Part shown: positions 40,220 to 52,594 of the stretch, in pieces
Layout of the letters: the number at the start of each line of letters is the position of its first letter
Numbering within the stretch: the stretch's first letter is position 1
Assembly: GCA_951406725.2 (NCBI GenBank)
Contig: OX597816.1
Location: 126,666,001 to 126,730,000, forward strand
Length of the DNA stretch: 64,000 bases
Source: Octopus vulgaris
Lineage: Eukaryota
Reading direction: 5' to 3'
Notes under the pieces: generated by a model
The model's database searches: none
The model's input: the letters and a program-made list of their open reading frames with translations, nothing else
What the model was told of the DNA's origin: nothing
Translations under genes and position numbers: made by a program

Positions 40220-40470
40220 TCATTTACTTGTTTCATTCATTGGACTGAAACCCTGAGGAGGCAATGATTTGATGGGCTTTTAGTTGAATAAATTAACCCT
40301 AGTACATTTTTTTTTAGTCTGGCACTTATTCTATCAGCTTCTTTTGCTGAACTGCTAAGTTACAGGGATATAAACAAGCCAACTCTAATTATTGAGCGAT
40401 GATAGTGGGGAACAATTGCAACAACAAAGATACATAAAGACATGCACACATGCTCACATGTGTGTGTATG

Positions 40471-40508
<38 letters not shown>

Positions 40509-40580
40509 AACACATATATGGACATACACACATATATGTATATATATATATAGATATAGATATACACACATTCATATATA
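40220..40580 (-). mobile_element. SINE family A 3' half plus its microsatellite
   Basis: Reverse complement of the family A tail followed by (TA)/(CA)n. Confidence 0.6.
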
Positions 40581-40863
40581 TATATACATCTTAAAATGAG
40601 GTAGTTTTGATGAAGTGCTGTAAGGTATAACTTTAAAGAATGTAGTTATGTAAGGCTGAAACAATAAAAATGGCAGAAGGTACAATATAAACTCTGAGCA
40701 AAAAGCTTTTTCAACTACTTTTTCAAATGTCCTGAAGAAGGGGTGTTCAACCCAAAATATAAAAATACAAGGTAAAGCTGCAACTTTTTTGTTATCTTTT
40801 CCTTTTGTAGCTTCCTTCATATCTTCTTACATTGCTCTGGCCTTACACAACTACATTCTTTAA

Positions 40864-40895
<32 letters not shown>

Positions 40896-40905
<10 letters not shown>

Positions 40906-41302
40906 TATTAGAGACAAAACCACTATTTTGCAAAACAAACAAGGAAAGACTTAATCAATACATAAAATTTAATAAATAGTCAAAAAAACCGCCACTACAA
41001 TCGTTTCATGTCTTGATCGACAATCTTCAGGTGGACTTCCAATAATTCAGTTACAAATTCATAATTTGTAACTGAATTATTGGAAGTCCACCTGAAGATT
41101 GTCGATCAAGACATGAAACGATTGTAGTGGCGGTTTTTTTGACTATTTATTAAATTTTATGTATTGATTAAGTCTTTCCTTGTTTGTTTTGCAAAATAGT
41201 GGTTTTGTCTCTAATAATATTTTATAATATTTTACTATAAAATTGGATTTAATCCTAAATCGAATTTTTTTCCCTGTAAATTTGGATTTATTCCCTAATA
41301 TT

Positions 41303-41306
<4 letters not shown>
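40896..41306 (+). mobile_element. Penelope-like pseudo-LTR in inverted (fold-back) arrangement, inserted in (TA)n
   Basis: Arms 40896-41059 and 41063-41226 are exact reverse complements by eye with a 3-nt CAT spacer; contains a hammerhead core; right arm extends to 41306; (TA)n on both sides. Confidence 0.8.
41088..41130 (+). ncRNA. Type I minimal hammerhead ribozyme motif (mirror copy on minus strand at 40992-41034)
   Basis: CCAC-CTGAAGA-T-TGTC-gatcaa-GACA-T-GAAA-C-gatt-GTA-GTGG: stem I CCAC/GTGG, core CUGANGA and GAAA, stem II TGTC/GACA (closing U-U mismatch), cleavage triplet GUA. Confidence 0.7.
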
Positions 41307-41338
<32 letters not shown>

Positions 41339-41639
41339 GCAATGGTTTTTGGTAAGCAGCATCCATTTTTACAATTCTTTAAATAATAATAATTGTATTT
41401 TATAAGCTTAAAGCTTATAAGTGATCATTATGCAATGACTAAAGAAAATAGTCTACTAATGAGGAGAAAAATTAGGTTTTCCTATATGCATGGGAAACAT
41501 GGAAAGCGGACGTTAAATGATGATGATGATGATGATGATGATATATGCAATAAGTTTAGTCTGAGGCTTGCCCAGTGTGTCACACAGTTGGACTGAACCT
41601 CAGACCATTTGCTTTCAAAGTGCGCTTTTGACACGGCTG

Positions 41640-42112
41640 TATCTGGAAGAATTGTTAGCATGCCACACTAAATGCTTGGCAGCATTTCTTTCAGATTTAC
41701 ATCCTGAGTTCAAATTCTGCTACAGTTGACTTTGCCTTTCATCCTTTTGGGTTAGATAAAGCAAGAACTAGTTGAGTACTTTGGTTGATGTAATTGAAGA
41801 TCCTCTTCAACCTAAAATTTCAGTCCTTGTACATATAGTAGAAAGAATTATTGCTGTTGTTGTTATAATAAAGGCTGAATTATGGCACCTAACTTCCTAG
41901 AATGCAGCCCCTTGATTATTATGTGTTGGGTGCAGTTAAGCTTTGAAATTTTGGCAGTACTTGTTTGGGCTCTGTACATTCTGCTTTGCAGTTCAAATCC
42001 CACCAAAGTCAACTTTGTCTTTCACTTTCGTCCTTTTAGGATCATTAAAATAAAAAGCAGCCTGAGATTGTTGGAATCAGCTAAAATTTGCTGGCAAAAC
42101 AATTATTATTAT
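41640..42112 (+). mobile_element. Two tandem diverged SINE family D copies
   Basis: GAGTTCAAATTC...GTTGACTTTGCCTTTCATCCTTT core at ~41705-41750 and again at ~41990-42040. Confidence 0.6.
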
Positions 42113-42987
42113 TGATTATTATGACAGCAAGGAGGAAGAAGAGTTGATTAAATCAGCCTTAGTGCTAGACTAGTATTTGTTGTTTTTTTTACTCTAAAAT
42201 AGCAAAAGTAGTGTTGACCTTGGGGAAATTTAAATTAAGAAACTTAATGGATACAAGTAAATACTGTGAAAAATATGCTCAGGTTGGATTCTGCTTTCAA
42301 ACAATTGTTTATTATCATCATTTTTCTCATGCTACATATAAAATACTGGACAAAAGTCATTACACACAACAATTCCTTTTCCATTTTATTATACAGTTTT
42401 TTTCAAGGGATATATGATCTACTTGAAAGCATTATCTTTTTAGCTACACATATGGAAGATTTAGTTGATAATTTTTAAACCTTTGAGCCTGGTTTCACAT
42501 TTGCCTTTCCTTATAGCATTTTATGTTCACAAAAAAACTTCTTGTGCATGCATTCCATATTTTTGCTGTTTTGATTTCCAGATCTTTGTATTCAGGTTAT
42601 TTTTTTCTATTTACTTCCTTGAGATATTATCAACCATTAGGCAAAGCACATCAATCAGGCCTGGAAATTTTGTATTTTATGACAATATTAAGCTTGGTTA
42701 GCTCCCATATTCCTATTTACATTAAATTACATATTGCAGTGAATCATAAGGCTTTTATTTTCCTAAACAGATTCTGGTCTATGCTTATTCAATATTTTTT
42801 TTCTTTGCATATTTCATTGGCAATAGGCAGAATACATCTCCTGATATATTCTAATGTAGAGTATTCAGATACAATAGAGCTGGAAGCTTCATTAAACTTC
42901 TGTTTATTACAGGGTAGAATTCCATATCACAGGGATCTGTTGATGGTCTCTGCACTGAGTAACAATATCACTTTTTTCCTTCTGTTA

Positions 42988-43369
42988 TCTCTCTCTATAT
43001 AAACGGCAGTTTGTCTGTGCATTTTCTGTGTGTCTGTTTGCTTGTACCCTCACCCTGACCACGGCTTTCAACCGATTCTGATGAAACTTGACACACACAT
43101 AGCCCAATGTCATAATTCAAAACTAACGCAGCGAAAATTTTGAAAAGTTCCCCCAGTTCTGAAAAAAATTGATAAATTCGACATGGGGTCGAGAATCAGA
43201 AACACAAACCGCAAACTGTCTAGGGGACGCAACTCCACCTTTTTTAACTAAAAAAAAAATTTACCATCATTTTTTTCCATTTTTTTTCTATTTTTTGGCT
43301 ATAACTCTCTAAAAATGCTTTATAGTTATTTCCCTTACAAACCTGAGCAACGCCGGGCGATACTGCTAG
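42988..43369 (+). mobile_element. Non-autonomous Helitron (382 bp)
   Basis: Inserted between host A (42987) and T (43370); 5' TC followed by CTATATAAA and GTCTGT motifs; 3' CCTGAGCAACGCCGGG subterminal hairpin and terminal CTAG; no TSD. Confidence 0.85.
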
Positions 43370-43929
43370 TCACTCTCATAAAAAAATGCTAAGGCCAAGA
43401 TTAACTTTACCTGTCATGAACTTTCCTATACAAATTACTACACTTTGATTTCATATGTGAAGGCACTTCTATAATGTCTACTTGGAAATCCTTGGCATTG
43501 AGCTGTAATTACCGGGCTTCATTTTAGTTTCTACTTATAACACTGGCATTTATCCCAATCTAGTTTGCCAATCTATATAGGGCAATTGTTCCTGGAGGGG
43601 ATTTAGTGTTCTTGTAGTGTTCATATTCTTTGTCTTGTATTACATCTGTGCCTTCTGGTTTCTAAGTGCATTATAGTTGTTTGAATTTGTATGTATGAAT
43701 ATGTGTTTAGTAGTATTAATTCTATCATATATGTTTGAAATTCTTTGTATAGATTTTATTTTTGATGTTTTTCACTATTTCTTAATGAATGTCTTGCCTT
43801 TTTCATATAGTAGTTATCTTATCGCATTGTGAAGATTTCATTGAAAATCTCTTGGGTTTAACCATGTTGTCCTTTGATGTCACATAATTTAAATTCTGTT
43901 TCATGTTATTAATATGAGTATTATTCATT

Positions 43930-44140
43930 AGGTGGCAAGCTAGCAGGCTGGATGAAATGCTTAGTTGTATTTCACCTGTTGCTACATTTTGTGTTCAAAT
44001 TCCGCCGAGGTTGACTTTGCTTTTCATCCTTTCTTGGTTGATAAATTAAGTGCCAGTGAAACACGAGGATTGATATAATCAACTAGTCCCCTCCTGCCAA
44101 CTTTGAGGCTTTGTGCCTCCAGTAGAAAGATATTATTATT
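43930..44140 (+). mobile_element. SINE family D
   Basis: GGTGGCAAGCTAGCAG head, GTTCAAATTCCGCCGAGGTTGACTTTGC core, (TAT)n tail. Confidence 0.75.
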
Positions 44141-45534
44141 ACTCATCTCTGAATATACAAATTCAGTTCTATAACAGGGATATTGTGGGTTACTGCCAAG
44201 GCTGCTAGGTTATTAATTACTTTCATTTATTTTTCAGTCTACTTAAGTCTTTTGAGTCATCTCAGCCTGACATATCTTTTCAAATCAATTCTTTTATTTG
44301 GCATTTTATACTTGCATGATTCTATTTCTAATTATTTTTTGTTTGATTGATTTCGCCGTTAGTGTTGTAAAGGCATCTATCTGCAATTATCCTATATTTC
44401 ATTTTTGTAAAAAGTGAATATAAGAAATTTGGCAACTAATTTAGCTAATTGAATAACTTTTAACATTTCTTGTTTGTATCAGCAATGTACATGTTTATAT
44501 ATACACTGACTTGGACAACTTAACTTGACAGAAAAAAATATAACTGAGCTATAAAGTTTAGGATGGATAGTTTTAGGCTATTCAAATAAACAAATGGTTT
44601 ACCATAGCTCAGATAATATTCTAGTCATTTTTTCAGAGTTTAGAGATATGTCGAATATATCAAAAGTTAAATAGAACAAAAGTGGTTGAGTGAATACTCT
44701 TGAAATATTTAATCTTGGAGAAAATTTAACTTAGTTGCCAGATATATAGTTTACTGCTATTTTTATTGTCCCTCTGAGCATATAAGTTTTCATGAATCCC
44801 ATAAATTACTAGTAGTAAATTCAACAACATTGATTCCAGGATCCATGAATACACACAAATATAGGCTTTTTTATTGTCAATTCATTCAGTATGTAGATTT
44901 TTCTGAATCTCCAACTAATATATTTATTGATTGAGCCATTTGGCACTTCTCACTAACAATGCTTTATTCTATATTCTTGTTGAAAATCTATTTTCATTCT
45001 TCTAAAATCAACTGCAATTAGAAAAGAATGACCTACTGGTGAATAAGAAGGATTTATTTGATTAAAAAGCAGTTGCAAAAGAATTCAGAACCTGCCTTTA
45101 ATGATGCAATAGTACTGTTAGTGCTTTATATTTTTTAATATTCGATCTTTGCAACAATGAAACTACAATGATCTTCATGTTCATTGTTAGGCATTGAAAT
45201 TAACATAGTATTTTCAGTTCACTGTTTTTTTCACCTTTGCAAGATTTTATATATTCATTTGTTGTTGCTTAGACCAACATCAAATTTTAGTTGAGCAACG
45301 TGCATATGATAAAAGATGTTTTGGCCTTCACCATATCATCCTTTTGAATATCCAGAATTACAAAATCTAATGCATCTTCATATTTTTAAGATGGTGTCAT
45401 TTGAAGATTATTTGGCTGCCATTTCCTGTTGGCCAAGTAACTACAAAGTGGCTTCCCTGTGCATGTGGTTAATCTAAGATTACTGTATGTTATTTATTTT
45501 GAATGACTTCTATGTAACTTTTACTCTTTTAGTC

Positions 45535-45857
45535 CATCTCTGACTAACAGTGGGATTGCACCTAGAAAGTTACCCTCCCAGGGACAAGTCCGGGCAAGGT
45601 TGTTTTATGGAAGACCAGCAGTCGCCCATGCATACCGGCCTCCCCTCTCCATGCCACCGGTGTTATCCAAGGGAAAGGCAATGACCGATACAGCTTGGCA
45701 CATGTGACGTCGCAACTCATTTCTACAGCTGAGTGAACTGGAGCAACGTGAAATAAAGTGTCTTGCTCAAGAACACAACACGCAGCCCAGTCCAGGATTC
45801 GAACTCACAACCTCACGATCGTAAGCTCAATGCTCTAACCACTGAGCCATGTGCCTT
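45535..45857 (-). mobile_element. tRNA-derived SINE family B
   Basis: Collinear with 39575-39909. Confidence 0.9.
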
Positions 45858-46928
45858 CTGCATTTCTATTGTAATACGTCCCCATTACTGCTGTATTAGT
45901 GTATTATACACCCTATGTATGGAGGAAATTATATGTGAACAGGAATTTTCATTTCATGCCTTAATTAAATATTTAAATCACCTTAGTCACATTAATGGAG
46001 CATTGCAATCCTATGATTAAAATAATGTGATGAGATAATTATGGAAAATAAATGAGCAAGAATAATGACAAAAAATGATTAAAGATAGGTTTTCTTTTGT
46101 TCTCCAACATACTAGCCGAAGTATGATCCTCTTCCATCTGAGTGACACAATAATGCAAAATTATGAAATAGCATGTTCTTACAAAGGCTGTGAATGTATA
46201 ACTGTGATAATAAATAGTGGTGTGTATAGAGAAACAGAGCATATTTAAAGATTACAGCATTAATAAAAATACAGGGTATTAAAAAGTACAGTGCAAGTCA
46301 TCAAAACGCATTGTAATTTCACCAAAAGTTCTATCAATTTCTTGAATAAAATAGCATGTGTAGTCCATTGCTCAAAATTTTCTGTTATAGTTGCTTCATT
46401 TATGAATATTAAACATGTTCAGCTAACCAGCTGACTGTGTACCCCTTGGTGATACATTGCAATTTGACTACCCATTAATCTTTAAGGATACTTTAAAGTG
46501 ATAGTGTACATTATTATTTTCATATTACTTTCTGTCAAATACTGTTGCCTAGAAGCAGCTTTTGCCACTTCCTTTTACAGCTTTGGGACAATGTAATTTC
46601 CCCCCTGCATCCATGATTGATGTCACTATACTTTTGTAAATGACTTGCTGCTTGGTATTTAGCTAAGAAAAATAGATTCCGCTATTTACTTCAACTCTTG
46701 TGCATCATATTCCATCTGTTTACTTATAAAGTTTGCTTTGCTAGGTCCAGCTGTGCTAAGATTAGGGTTGGGAAGATTAAAGAAGTTACCCTCCATGTGT
46801 CATACATTTCCAAAAGCACTTCATTAAGAACTTTGTCAGTTAACAATTATACTTTATTACAATGCATTTTCTCTCAGCTTAGTGTATGGGGAGTGACAGT
46901 TTATTAACAGCACAAGATCAGATAGTTT

Positions 46929-46960
<32 letters not shown>

Positions 46961-47039
46961 AATGCAAAAAACAAATTTCTGTGTGTCAGTGTGTCACACT
47001 TCGGCCCCACTCTCTCACTATTCAATGACACTTTTTCTA

Positions 47040-47420
47040 TTCCTCTTGCTAGGGTGAGAGTAATTGTAGGCATAGAGATGGTGAGGGCAGTAATAGATTG
47101 ACAGTTGAGATGGTAATGGGGTGATAGTAACAGTATGAGCTGTAGTTGTGATAGAGGTGGAGGTGACGGTGATGATGGTGGTGATGGTGGTGGTGGTAGC
47201 TGTGGCAGTCAAGTATAACGGTGATAGTAAGGGATGTGAAAGACAGTGGTGAAGGTGGTGGAGGGGAAGGTTGCGATGTCAAAGGTGTTGATGGTGGTGA
47301 TATCAAAAGTCTGAATGGTGTGTGTATGGAAGTTGTGGTGGTGATGGTGATTGTACAGGTGATGATGGTGGTGAACAGAAAGAGAGGGAGAGAAAGAAGG
47401 GGGTTAGACACAAAAAAAAA
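47040..47420. repeat. Low-complexity (GGT/GAT)-rich purine tract
   Basis: Direct reading; the His/Thr/Pro-rich ORFs here are repeat artefacts. Confidence 0.7.
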
Positions 47421-47566
47421 TTGTACTGATCCCTAAATGGGAAGAAGAAATATGTTGTTTATCATGAAGCTTTGCAATAAGTTCCAAGTCGACACATTAT
47501 ATCATTGTTTTGACGAAAATTGTTCATTGCTTGAAAAATATTGGTCAGGTTTAATGAAACTTAATA

Positions 47567-48087
47567 CCATAAATCCTTGAGTATAGTCTGTCCTTGAGTA
47601 TAATACGCAAGGGATTTTTATGGGGCTGTACCCCTGAAAAACCTAAACCTTGTGTATGATACGCACCCCTTCTCTAACTTGAGTTGTGCGTAATTAAGCC
47701 AGCAGCACCTAGTCAAACAAATACTTCTGTGCATGTGTAATACAATAATGGTGATGTTCTTAACTGTTATATGAGAATGTAAATATGTTTGCAAATTGTT
47801 TTTGTTACATGTTATTCTGTGTTCTGAATACTTTTATTTTAATAAATGTTGCTTACTGTAAGTTATGGATGATTCTTTTATAACTTCATCGCTTTCAGGC
47901 TTAGCTTAATGTATTTTTGTGCCCGATATCACAAAATCTGTCTGAATAAACATTGCCAGACAGCAAATAGAGACTCGGACGTTGCTTAGAAAATATTTTT
48001 CATTTTTAACCTCGAAGATAGTACGCACTAGGGATTTTGACCTTTAGATTTTGGGGGAAAATGTGGATTATACTCGAGGATTTACTG
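47567..48087 (-). mobile_element. Tc1/mariner superfamily (Tc2/pogo-type) MITE, 521 bp
   Basis: TA at 47565-47566 and 48088-48089; TIR CCATAAATCCTTGAGTATAGTC / GGATTATACTCGAGGATTTACTG; reverse-complement homolog at 62084-62602. Confidence 0.85.
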
Positions 48088-48174
48088 TATGTAATCAGTC
48101 TAGTATTTAAATTTTTTAATGTTGAAATGCTGTTGCAGGTATTTTTATGTTGAAATGCTGTTGCAAGTATTTAA

Positions 48175-48394
48175 CCCTTTAGCATTTAAACCAGCTATAT
48201 CTGAACCAAATATTCTACCTTTTTTATCTTCTGATTTGCCAGATCCAACCTCTCACCCCTATCTTACAATGTGATTATAAAAGTAAACAATCAATGCATT
48301 GAAATGTTGAAGCTACAAGATAATGCATGATAAATTCAAAACAATGTGAATAAATAAGTATTACATTTGACAAAATAATGTGAATACTAAAGAG
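48175..48394 (-). mobile_element. piggyBac-type MITE (~220 bp)
   Basis: TTAA at 48171-48174, CCCTTTAG terminus; reverse complement of 53782-54001. Confidence 0.8.
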
Positions 48395-48531
48395 TAAAAC
48401 TAACCAACACTAGTTGTTAAGAGTGGGTGGGGACAAATGCATATCTACATAGATATACACACACACTTACATATACATAGGCACATACACACATTAGCTT
48501 CTACACAGTTTCTGTCTATCAAATTTGCTTA

Positions 48532-48938
48532 GGTGCAGGAGTGGCTGTGTAGTAAGTAGCTTGCTTACCAACCGCATGGTTCCGGGTTCAGTCCCACTGT
48601 GTGGCACCTTGGGCAAGTGTCTTCTACTATAGCCTTGGGCTGACTAAAGCCTTGTGAGTGGATCTGGTAGACGGAAACTGAAAGAAGCCCTTCGTATATA
48701 TGTATATATATGTATGTATGCGTGTGTGTATATGTTTGTGTGTCTGTGTTTGTCCCCCCAACATCACTTCACAACCGATGCTGGTGTGTTTGCGTCCCTG
48801 TAACTTAGCGGTTCAGCAAAAGAGACCAATAGAATAAGTACTAGGCTTACAAAGAATAAGTCCTGGAGTCGATTTGCTTGACTAAAAGGCGGTGCTCCGG
48901 CATGGCTGCAGTCAAAATGACTGAAACATGTAAGAGTA
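48532..48938 (+). mobile_element. tRNA-derived SINE family A, nested in an older opposite-strand family A copy
   Basis: Collinear with 8480-8913; flanks 48405-48530 and 48939-49010 read as a decayed minus-strand copy. Confidence 0.88.
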
Positions 48939-49521
48939 GGCTTTAACTGGAACTAAACTCAAAACCACATAGTTGGGAATAGAACTTCTTATCCAAGCAG
49001 ATATGGTTGCATGTACAAACACACACTCTTAAATAATAATTATAATGATAGCAAATATGGAAACTGGTACATCCTCAAAATTTTTTTTTCATTTTATTTT
49101 ACAGCATGTCATACAGCATATTATTATGGCTATGACAACTTACATGTAGTTCTGCAGTACAGAATATGGACAGTTGCATATGCAACTGAGCATAATTTGT
49201 TGTGCAGCTTTGTTCAGGGTCTTTCAACCAGCTTGACTTGAAGTGCTATCCACCCAGATAATATGTACCATGGTATCCACCCAGATAATATATCCCTCTA
49301 AACTCACATATATAAATAGGTATGTTGGTGCAAACAGACAAAACAGAACTCAAAATATGGGTATATGTATATTTCTGTTAGTGTTTAACAGAAGTAACAG
49401 AGTGACTCAAGGCCCAAGAGTTTCATGCGTTGGCACTTATCAATAAGTATCAATGCATGAAACTTTTTGACCTTGAGTCACTCTGTTACTTCTGCTAAAT
49501 ATTAATAAAATTTATATATAT

Positions 49522-49786
49522 GCCTTACTGGCACCTGTGCCGGTGGCATGTGTAAAAAGATTCGAGCGAGGTCATTGCCAGTATCACCTGACTGGCCCCC
49601 ATGCCAGTGGCATGTGAAGGCACCCTCTACACTTTTGGAGTGGTTGGCGTTAGGAAGGGCATCCAGCTGTAGAAACTCTGCCAGGTCAAGATTGGAGCCT
49701 GGTGCAGCCATCTGGTTCGCCAGCCCTCAGTCATATCGTCCAACCCATGCTAGCATGGAAAGTGGACGTTAAACGATGATGATGAT
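49522..49786 (+). mobile_element. 5'-truncated RTE 3' tail with 23-bp flanking direct repeat
   Basis: Same tail as 34349-34690; ATATTAATAAAATTTATATATAT at 49499-49521 and 49810-49832. Confidence 0.85.
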
Positions 49787-49823
49787 AAAATAAATATATA
49801 TATATATATATATTAATAAAATT

Positions 49824-49855
<32 letters not shown>

Positions 49856-49899
49856 TTCTGTTAGGATGTACAAGTATTTACACACATTTATACACATGG

Positions 49900-50052
49900 T
49901 GGAAACTTCCACTTACCAAATCCAATCACAAGGCAATGGTTGAACTGAGGCTATAGCAGAAGACACTTGCTCAAGGCGCTACACAGTGGAACTGAACCTG
50001 AAATCATGTGGCTGGAAAGCAAGCTTCCTAACCACACAGCCATGCCTGCACC
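49900..50052 (-). mobile_element. SINE family A 5' fragment
   Basis: Reverse complement of the family A head. Confidence 0.7.
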
Positions 50053-50379
50053 TACAACCCAAATCATTGACAACATATCTTTTCAAAAGACACATCAGTT
50101 TCTTCTTCCATCACATTATCAATTTCACCAATTTTTCAGCAGTCTTGTTGTTTTGTGTGCCTCTTGTTGAATAGGTAATACGAATCTATCACTGGCTTTT
50201 TAATCAGTAAAACTTGTTGGTCCAGGTTTGTACTGTAGCAACACTTGCATAAAGAATTACTCTGCTTCATGAAGATTCGAGTTAATAATGAAAATACTTC
50301 TAGTCATTTCACTCAGAATATGTTTTACCATTGTGTCTTTGTTTCTCTTAACTACACAAATTTATTGAATCATCTGTAT

Positions 50380-50539
50380 AGGTGCATGCATGGCTGCTTA
50401 ATTGAGATGCGTACTTACCAACCACATGCTCTTGGGTTCAGTTCCACCTTGTGTACCATGAGCAAGTGTCTTCTAGCCTCCAGGCAAACCAAAGCCTTGT
50501 GAGTAGATTTGGTAGACTGAAAGTGAAAGCGGACCATCA
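50380..50539 (+). mobile_element. SINE family A 5' fragment, truncated by Helitron insertion
   Basis: GGTGCATGCATGGCTG...GGGTTCAGTTCCAC...AAAGCCTTGTGAGTAGATTTGGTAGAC. Confidence 0.7.
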
Positions 50540-51272
50540 TCTTAATATATAAAATACCTTGTCTGTAAGTGAGTCCTCAATGCATGCTCAAACCTTTGAA
50601 TCAATCTGTACTATACTTGGGTTACATGAATAATTTGACCTTGGAAAGAATAATACGGTCTTGATTTTTCTTTTTATTAAAAATAAATAATATTGCTCTA
50701 TATATAACGATTCACTTCTTCAAATCGTTTTCTCAACTTCCTGTGTCTTTGGGGTCTTAACCAGCTATTTACACACACACACGTATGTATACATTATAGT
50801 TGTGACGATTTCTGATAAAAATGAATTTCTAAAGGTTCTTCCATGTCAGAAAAAAAAAAAATTCATACAGAGATTGACGTCTTTTTCTCAATTAATTAAA
50901 TGAGGTACTGTATATTGTACATTGATTTTCCAATACATTTTTCGGACATTTTCGAAACCAGTCGCTTTATTAAGACTTCATATTTCACATTTATTTCCCA
51001 TGTGATTATTCTTGGCGCAAATCGACTTATCACATTCACGTAACTGTTTTGCCAATGTCTACATAGTAACTAAGTGACTAGCTATTTACACACACATGTA
51101 TGTATACATCATTACTATTGTGACGATTTGAGATAAAAAAGAATTTCTAAACTTACTTTCATTTCTTATATTCTTCTCCGGCTTCCTATTTGTGTAAGAT
51201 ATATACTTATGTGAGTGTGAGTGAGACAAATGTTTCATACGGAGATTTCATTCAATTGATCAATTGTCAACA

Positions 51273-52585
51273 GGGCATAACTACAGATTTCTGTCCCCAC
51301 CACTAGCTTTTTGGATGGTCATAACTTTCAGAACAATGGATACTTTTTAATGAAATTTTCTACGAATATGTATTATATCATGTAGATTCGGAATATACAA
51401 AATTCGGGAGGGGGGGGATGTTTTAATAGGGGTGAGGAGGGTTTTCGGAAAATTCACTGGAGTCAACTTCAATTCACTTAACTCGCAGGAAAATTGATAT
51501 TTTTTAATGAAATTGTCTACAAATATACCTCGGACTATGTAGATTCAGAGCATATAGGATCTGGGGGGGGGGGAGCAATTCGGGGTTATTTTAGAGTTAG
51601 GGTATGTGGCGATCCTTCGGTATATGTACACACGTGGCTTTGCTTACATCTCTGAAGATAACAGCGACCCTTTTCTCCCACCCCTAACCCAACCCTAACA
51701 CAAACCCTAACCCCCCATATATAAAAAAAAACACTTTTTTTAAATGTATCTGGTACTTCCGGAAGTACACCGGTACTTATACCGTAACATCGCCAGATTT
51801 TTTTCACTTCAAGTAAATTCACAGGTAAACTGTTCCAATAGAAAGACAGAAGACACCAGAAGCAAAAATAAGGAATATACACGCACAGTTTAATATAAAA
51901 GGGTAAAGTATAATTTTTTACATAATCTCTAAAATAAACGTGATATTGAAGAAAATAATATCCCGTTTGAACTTTTTTCAATATATATATATGTGTGTGT
52001 GAAAGAGAGAGAGATCACTCAGAATAAGCATGCCACCCCTTTGTGCTTATTTTTCCTACGGATTCCGATCTTGTCTCCAACGGAGATTCTAAGTATGCAA
52101 AAAGATCTACTTTTAGACTTTTAATACACCCAATCCTTAACTTATCAATATTTTCCCCGAAATTTTGCGACCAGGGTCAAGGGTTTTGTGCACAAACGTA
52201 CAACGGAGAAACTGAAACAAATATGGACGACTTGTTCTGAAACACTCCCCGAGTGGGGAACAGTTTACAAAAATAACCCCCAACTGTTTTCGCCCCAAAT
52301 CCTAAATGCTTGAAATCTACATAGTCCGAGGTATATGTATAGACAATTTCATTTAGAAATATCCATTTTCCAGAAAGTTAATACGAATTGAATGGACTCC
52401 AGTGAATATACCGAAAATCCTCCCCACTGCCTCCTAAAACACTTTCCCTCCAAAAATTTTGTATATTTGAAATTTACATCATATAACACATATTCGTAGA
52501 AAATTTCATAAAAATTATCCATTTTTCTGAAAGTTATCGTCATCCAAAATCCGGTGGGGTGGGGTGGGGGCAGAAAGCCTGTGGT
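51273..52585. mobile_element. Long-TIR (foldback-type) non-autonomous DNA element inside the Helitron
   Basis: ~51273-51595 is the imperfect reverse complement of ~52268-52585; each arm has two ~155-bp subrepeats; interior has CCCTAA-like motifs. Confidence 0.65.
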
Positions 52586-52594
52586 GAGATGGTA

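Noticed and set aside
42523-43002. 159-aa hydrophobic ORF
   Set aside because: No motif, non-ATG start, T-rich composition; ends inside the Helitron.
51682-51715. Interstitial telomere or fusion relic
   Set aside because: Only three interrupted CCCTAA units, inside a TIR element.
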